Part shown: positions 45,532 to 48,542 of the stretch, one piece after another
Layout: each line of letters starts with the position of its first letter
Position numbering within the stretch: the stretch's first letter is position 1
DNA from: a virus
Reading direction: 5' to 3' (one strand)
DNA: 48,542 bases
IMG/VR virus record: IMGVR_UViG_3300038545_000026
Span: 1-48,542 of that record
Notes under the pieces: generated by a model
What the model saw: only the letters and a program-made list of their open reading frames with translations
Told to the model about the DNA's origin: nothing
Database searches by the model: none
Made by a program: the position numbers and the translations under genes

Positions 45532-45798
45532 TTATTCGTTTAATTCATTCTGTATCTTATTCAATACATTTTGTCTTTTGTTTTTGAAATAGTCTTTTAA
45601 GAATCCTATCAATGCTCCTTGTAGTTCTTCGTTAGAACTAGCAGATATTTTAGATTGACCTTCGTTAGCAAAAGCTCTAATCTCCATAAAGCAAAAATCT
45701 TTCATTTTTTTTACAGAATCTAGATCCGATTCAATCAAACTTAGTTCATGTGCGTGCCTTTGTATGGCTTTTGATTTAGTTTCGCTCATTGGCTTCAT
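45532..45798 (-). CDS. hypothetical protein (88 aa)
   Basis: ORF track. Confidence 0.6.
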   Translation of the reverse strand: MKPMSETKSKAIQRHAHELSLIESDLDSVKKMKDFCFMEIRAFANEGQSKISASSNEELQGALIGFLKDYFKNKRQNVLNKIQNELNE

Positions 45799-45877
45799 TT
45801 TTTACCTCACAATAACATTGACCGCAGTCCATCCAACAGTCACATATTCTTGATTGGTTTGTTTGTTTGTCGCTCAT
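45776..45877 (-). CDS. Cys-rich micro-protein (33 aa)
   Basis: Hand-translated MSDKQTNQSRICDCWMDCGQCYCEVKNEANERN. Confidence 0.4.
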   Translation of the reverse strand: MSDKQTNQSRICDCWMDCGQCYCEVKNEANERN

Positions 45878-45879
45878 TG

Positions 45880-45975
45880 TTATTCTATAAAATCTTCATT
45901 ACCCAACATCTTAGATATATACTCAAAAGTATAAGCTATTATTGTTAAGGTGTACATTATTAGTTTATCTGTCAT
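45880..45975 (-). CDS. micro-protein (31 aa), hydrophobic
   Basis: Hand-translated MTDKLIMYTLTIIAYTFEYISKMLGNEDFIE, 2 nt from its neighbour. Confidence 0.4.
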   Translation of the reverse strand: MTDKLIMYTLTIIAYTFEYISKMLGNEDFIE

Positions 45976-45978
45976 TGG

Positions 45979-46101
45979 TCAGATATTTACATTACATTTA
46001 TTACAAAGAAAATATTTATCCTCTATATAATCCAATTCATCTTCAGTTAAACCCTTAAAATACAAGTCTATTTTATCTTTTAATTCTTTTGTTAATTCCA
46101 T
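45979..46101 (-). CDS. micro-protein (40 aa)
   Basis: Hand-translated MELTKELKDKIDLYFKGLTEDELDYIEDKYFLCNKCNVNI. Confidence 0.4.
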   Translation of the reverse strand: MELTKELKDKIDLYFKGLTEDELDYIEDKYFLCNKCNVNI

Positions 46102-46103
46102 TG

Positions 46104-46199
46104 TTATCTAGTATTAAATAATTCATTTGCTTTTATAATATCTTGTTTAGAATCTATTAACCACTTCTCAAATCCTTCTATACACTTACCTGTTAACAT
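46104..46199 (-). CDS. micro-protein (31 aa)
   Basis: Hand-translated MLTGKCIEGFEKWLIDSKQDIIKANELFNTR. Confidence 0.4.
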   Translation of the reverse strand: MLTGKCIEGFEKWLIDSKQDIIKANELFNTR

Positions 46200-46203
46200 A
46201 ATT

Positions 46204-46311
46204 TTAGTTTTTATTATTCTTAAACACTAGCTTTATTAAAATCCAAGAAAATATATACATTAAGATTCTGAATGATAAAAAACCAATTATAGTATATAGT
46301 ACTACTTCCAT
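46204..46311 (-). CDS. membrane micro-protein (35 aa)
   Basis: Hand-translated MEVVLYTIIGFLSFRILMYIFSWILIKLVFKNNKN. Confidence 0.4.
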   Translation of the reverse strand: MEVVLYTIIGFLSFRILMYIFSWILIKLVFKNNKN

Positions 46312-46729
46312 TTTTTTATATTTTAAAAAGTTCTTTGTTCTGTCAGGAGGTATCGCAAGTAACGAGAATAAATCTCTTCAAGTGTATCTTGCCACTCATC
46401 CTGTAAGGTAGGATAACACCAGTGATACCTATTCAACAAACACAACCATCTGACACTGGCTTACTAATGCTACCCTTATCTCGGGATGTTGTTACATATT
46501 CTGTTCATTAAATAGCAAAGAACTTTATTTTTTTTAACAACAAAGGCTTTCTTCATCTGACGTGTTTCTACGTACCTTTTGCAGACCTGTCTCTTCTATA
46601 ACGAGCTTTCATTGCTACTAGCTTAGTGTATTCGTTTTTTACGGCTAATTACATTGAAACGAAAAAACAATTTTGTAACTCCTCCTTTTCCATTTACACT
46701 AAAGCCATTACTAACCCTCTCTGTGGTTG

Positions 46730-46803
46730 TGGTCAATATTGGATTCGAACCAATGACCTTCGCATTATGAGTGCGCTGCTCTAACCAACTGAGCTAAAAG
46801 ACC
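46730..46803 (-). tRNA. tRNA with anticodon CAU (Met, or Ile2 if lysidine-modified)
   Basis: Minus-strand cloverleaf: GGTCTTT-TA-GCTC-AGTTGGTTA-GAGC-A-GCGCA-CTCATAA-TGCGA-AGGTC-ATTGG-TTCGAAT-CCAAT-ATTGACC-A. Two U-U mismatches in the acceptor stem (5:68, 6:67). No encoded CCA. Confidence 0.75.
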
Positions 46804-47010
46804 ATTCAAAAAAACCAAGAGCGAGAAACCTATTAATCACTATTCATATCCCTATTATGAAAATCCCGCCCTTGGAAAAAATTTTAACACCGCTAAGATA
46901 GTAATAATATTATTAATAACCAAACATTCCAAAAATACAACCCAAAAATTATTTCCAATGACCCAAATCTATATACACGCCTCTGGCGGCCGCGCCGAAA
47001 ATTTCAGAAA

Positions 47011-47235
47011 TCAACGAACCAAAACATACTCTACAATACATTCCTTGAATATAAAACGCAACTTCCCTCCGTTCATAGATTTTACTTTTCTGCTCTTGAA
47101 GTTGCAAAACTGAGCGTAATCCCACATCATAAAATCACACATGTCATTAGCTTTCTTAAAATAATAATCGTCGCCTGTACGTAAAGCGTCAAAAACCTTA
47201 ATTATCTCCATAATTTCGCTTATTTTACCCCCCAA
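47011..47235 (-). CDS. hypothetical protein (74 aa)
   Basis: ORF track. Confidence 0.5.
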   Translation of the reverse strand: MGGKISEIMEIIKVFDALRTGDDYYFKKANDMCDFMMWDYAQFCNFKSRKVKSMNGGKLRFIFKECIVEYVLVR

Positions 47236-47475
47236 ATATAACGAAAAACATTATCTAAAGCCCGAGAAACCTTCATATTTTTTATGAACCCAAAATCACT
47301 AAAAACACCACTTTTATCACCACAAACCGCTCGACAACGCATTATCGTAACCATCATTACCTTACTTTTTGGAATTTAGGAAAAATTATTGTTTGGGGGT
47401 GAATGCGCTTCGCAGCGTTCCGCTAGGTGGGTGGTACCCCCCCTATCGATTCAGTTGTTTAGTTGTTTAAATGTA

Positions 47476-48108
47476 TCATCCCCTCCCTTTATTCTTCTGT
47501 AACAACACTAGTTGCAAGGCTTTGAGGTACTCTTTCTTTTCCTGGTCATTCATTCCTACCATGTTGTTTTGTATGTTGTATGTGTCGCCTTTCTGTGCAT
47601 TGTCAAGGGCGTAGTTGCCTAACATCTTGTTTAGTATTTCGACGGTCTTTGCTTTATCAATGATCCGGATTTCCATGACCTCTTCAGTAACCAGCTCCCC
47701 TTTTCTATCCGTGTACTCCTTCTTACGATACTTTACGCTCTGAATACAGCGCTTTACCTCGCTCGGCAATGCTTTTACTTCATCTACACTAAGACCGATG
47801 TAATCAGTCGCATCACTGTAACACCATTGTATTAGTTCTCGCACTATCTGTTCTGGCTCAATGGCTGCAATGGCTCTAAGGTTCTGCCTTTTCTCTTGTA
47901 TATACGCAGCATTGGCCGCTTCCTTCTTAATCGTATTAAATAGCACCCTAGCAGTTCCGTAACCTATTTCTGGTCTATGTTCTTGCACCGCTTTAGCACC
48001 GTTGAAACCATTTAGAAACCACTCGTCAATTATCGCCCTATGTTCGTCCTTTACAATATCCATGGGCTTTACGCTAATATCATGCTTCGTTCCTTTTTTA
48101 TCACTCAT
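47476..48108 (-). CDS. terS: terminase small subunit (Terminase_2-like)
   Basis: EHRAIIDEWFLNGFNGAKAVQEHRPEIGYGTARVLFNTI resembles the N-terminal HTH region of P27-type small terminases. First gene of the late block. Confidence 0.7.
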   Translation of the reverse strand: MSDKKGTKHDISVKPMDIVKDEHRAIIDEWFLNGFNGAKAVQEHRPEIGYGTARVLFNTIKKEAANAAYIQEKRQNLRAIAAIEPEQIVRELIQWCYSDATDYIGLSVDEVKALPSEVKRCIQSVKYRKKEYTDRKGELVTEEVMEIRIIDKAKTVEILNKMLGNYALDNAQKGDTYNIQNNMVGMNDQEKKEYLKALQLVLLQKNKGRG

Positions 48109-48415
48109 ATTTCTAGGATGGTTTGTTTATTTGTGTGTTTTTGTGTCTTTCTCATTCTTTTATTGAATTTTAACATAATTTATTCTTATGCTTTATGTTG
48201 TTTGTTTTCTTTGTATTGTTGTTTATATGGTTTCTTATTTCGTGTCTTGATTTCATTCTTACTGCTTTATTATTTCCTCAAAGGTAATACTTTTTTGTTA
48301 TGTTCTTTCTTATGGTGTTTTTCTTTGTTTTAAGAAGTTTTCTTTTATCATTGACCGAGAAGCATCAAAACAAGACTTTCAGTGCCTTAGACATCTTTAA
48401 AATTACTATTAATCT

Positions 48416-48542
48416 TATATACTCGTTAACCCTTATAATTATTTTTTTATCACTTTTGTTATTTTTTTATAACTTTTAACATTTCTTTAACACTTTTTAG
48501 TAATAAAATCATTATCTTTACTATGTAGTAAGGAAGTAAGTT
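48416..48542. repeat. Terminal direct repeat, copy 2 (identical to 1..127)
   Basis: 127/127 identity. The window ends exactly where the repeat ends. Confidence 0.95.

Noticed and set aside
46730-46803. The tRNA gene as attP for tRNA-targeted integration
   Set aside because: It is a full-length tRNA rather than a 3' fragment, and it lies 36 kb from the integrase gene. The integrase has its own flanking repeats. It cannot be tested without a host sequence.
48040-48333. 97-aa + strand ORF upstream of terS
   Set aside because: It is a translation of the A-free T-rich leader (an F/L/C-rich low-complexity product) and it overlaps the terS start.
1-48542. CRISPR arrays, DGR/retron reverse transcriptases, stop-codon recoding with suppressor tRNAs, inteins or group I introns
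   Set aside because: No regularly spaced repeat-spacer array and no RT motifs were found. All large late genes are intact under the standard code, the only tRNA has anticodon CAU, and terL, portal and TMP are uninterrupted.

Overview
The window looks like a complete or nearly complete dsDNA tailed-phage genome of about 48.4 kb with siphovirus-like gene order. It is AT-rich, roughly one third GC by eye. The first and last 127 bp are identical, so the contig closes on itself.

Genes form two convergent blocks.
- The rightward early/accessory block (461..19215, + strand) encodes a Rad52-like annealase, a PD-(D/E)XK exonuclease-like protein, NinG, a Dam-type methyltransferase and a miniature C5 methyltransferase. 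It also encodes a tyrosine recombinase, KilA-N, a DnaA-domain-IV-like HTH protein, YopX, a Lom/OmpX-like barrel and many tiny ORFans.
- The leftward late block (48108..19323, - strand) encodes terS, a tRNA, terL, portal, scaffold, capsid, tail, tape measure and baseplate/fibre genes. It also carries an HNH-AP2 homing endonuclease, a beta-helix depolymerase and lysis genes.

Three features point to a Bacteroidota (Flavobacteriia-like) host: no Shine-Dalgarno motifs, exact TAnnTTTG -7 boxes, and signal peptides ending in NAQ. I cannot name the phage.

No DNA polymerase, helicase, primase, reverse transcriptase, CRISPR array or stop-codon recoding was seen.

Signals that the gene list does not explain:
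1. The octamer CAWTGACC/GGTCAWTG occurs at about 50 loci against about 2 expected. It is strand-symmetric and frame-independent, and it is absent from two blocks.
2. A 37-bp direct repeat brackets a 7.1-kb integrase-led cassette.
3. A family of long imperfect palindromes with conserved arms fills the intergenic gaps at 4.7-9.7 kb.
4. There is a tRNA-shaped structured RNA without an anticodon loop, plus other ORF-free structured regions beside a DnaA-like gene and beside the tRNA.
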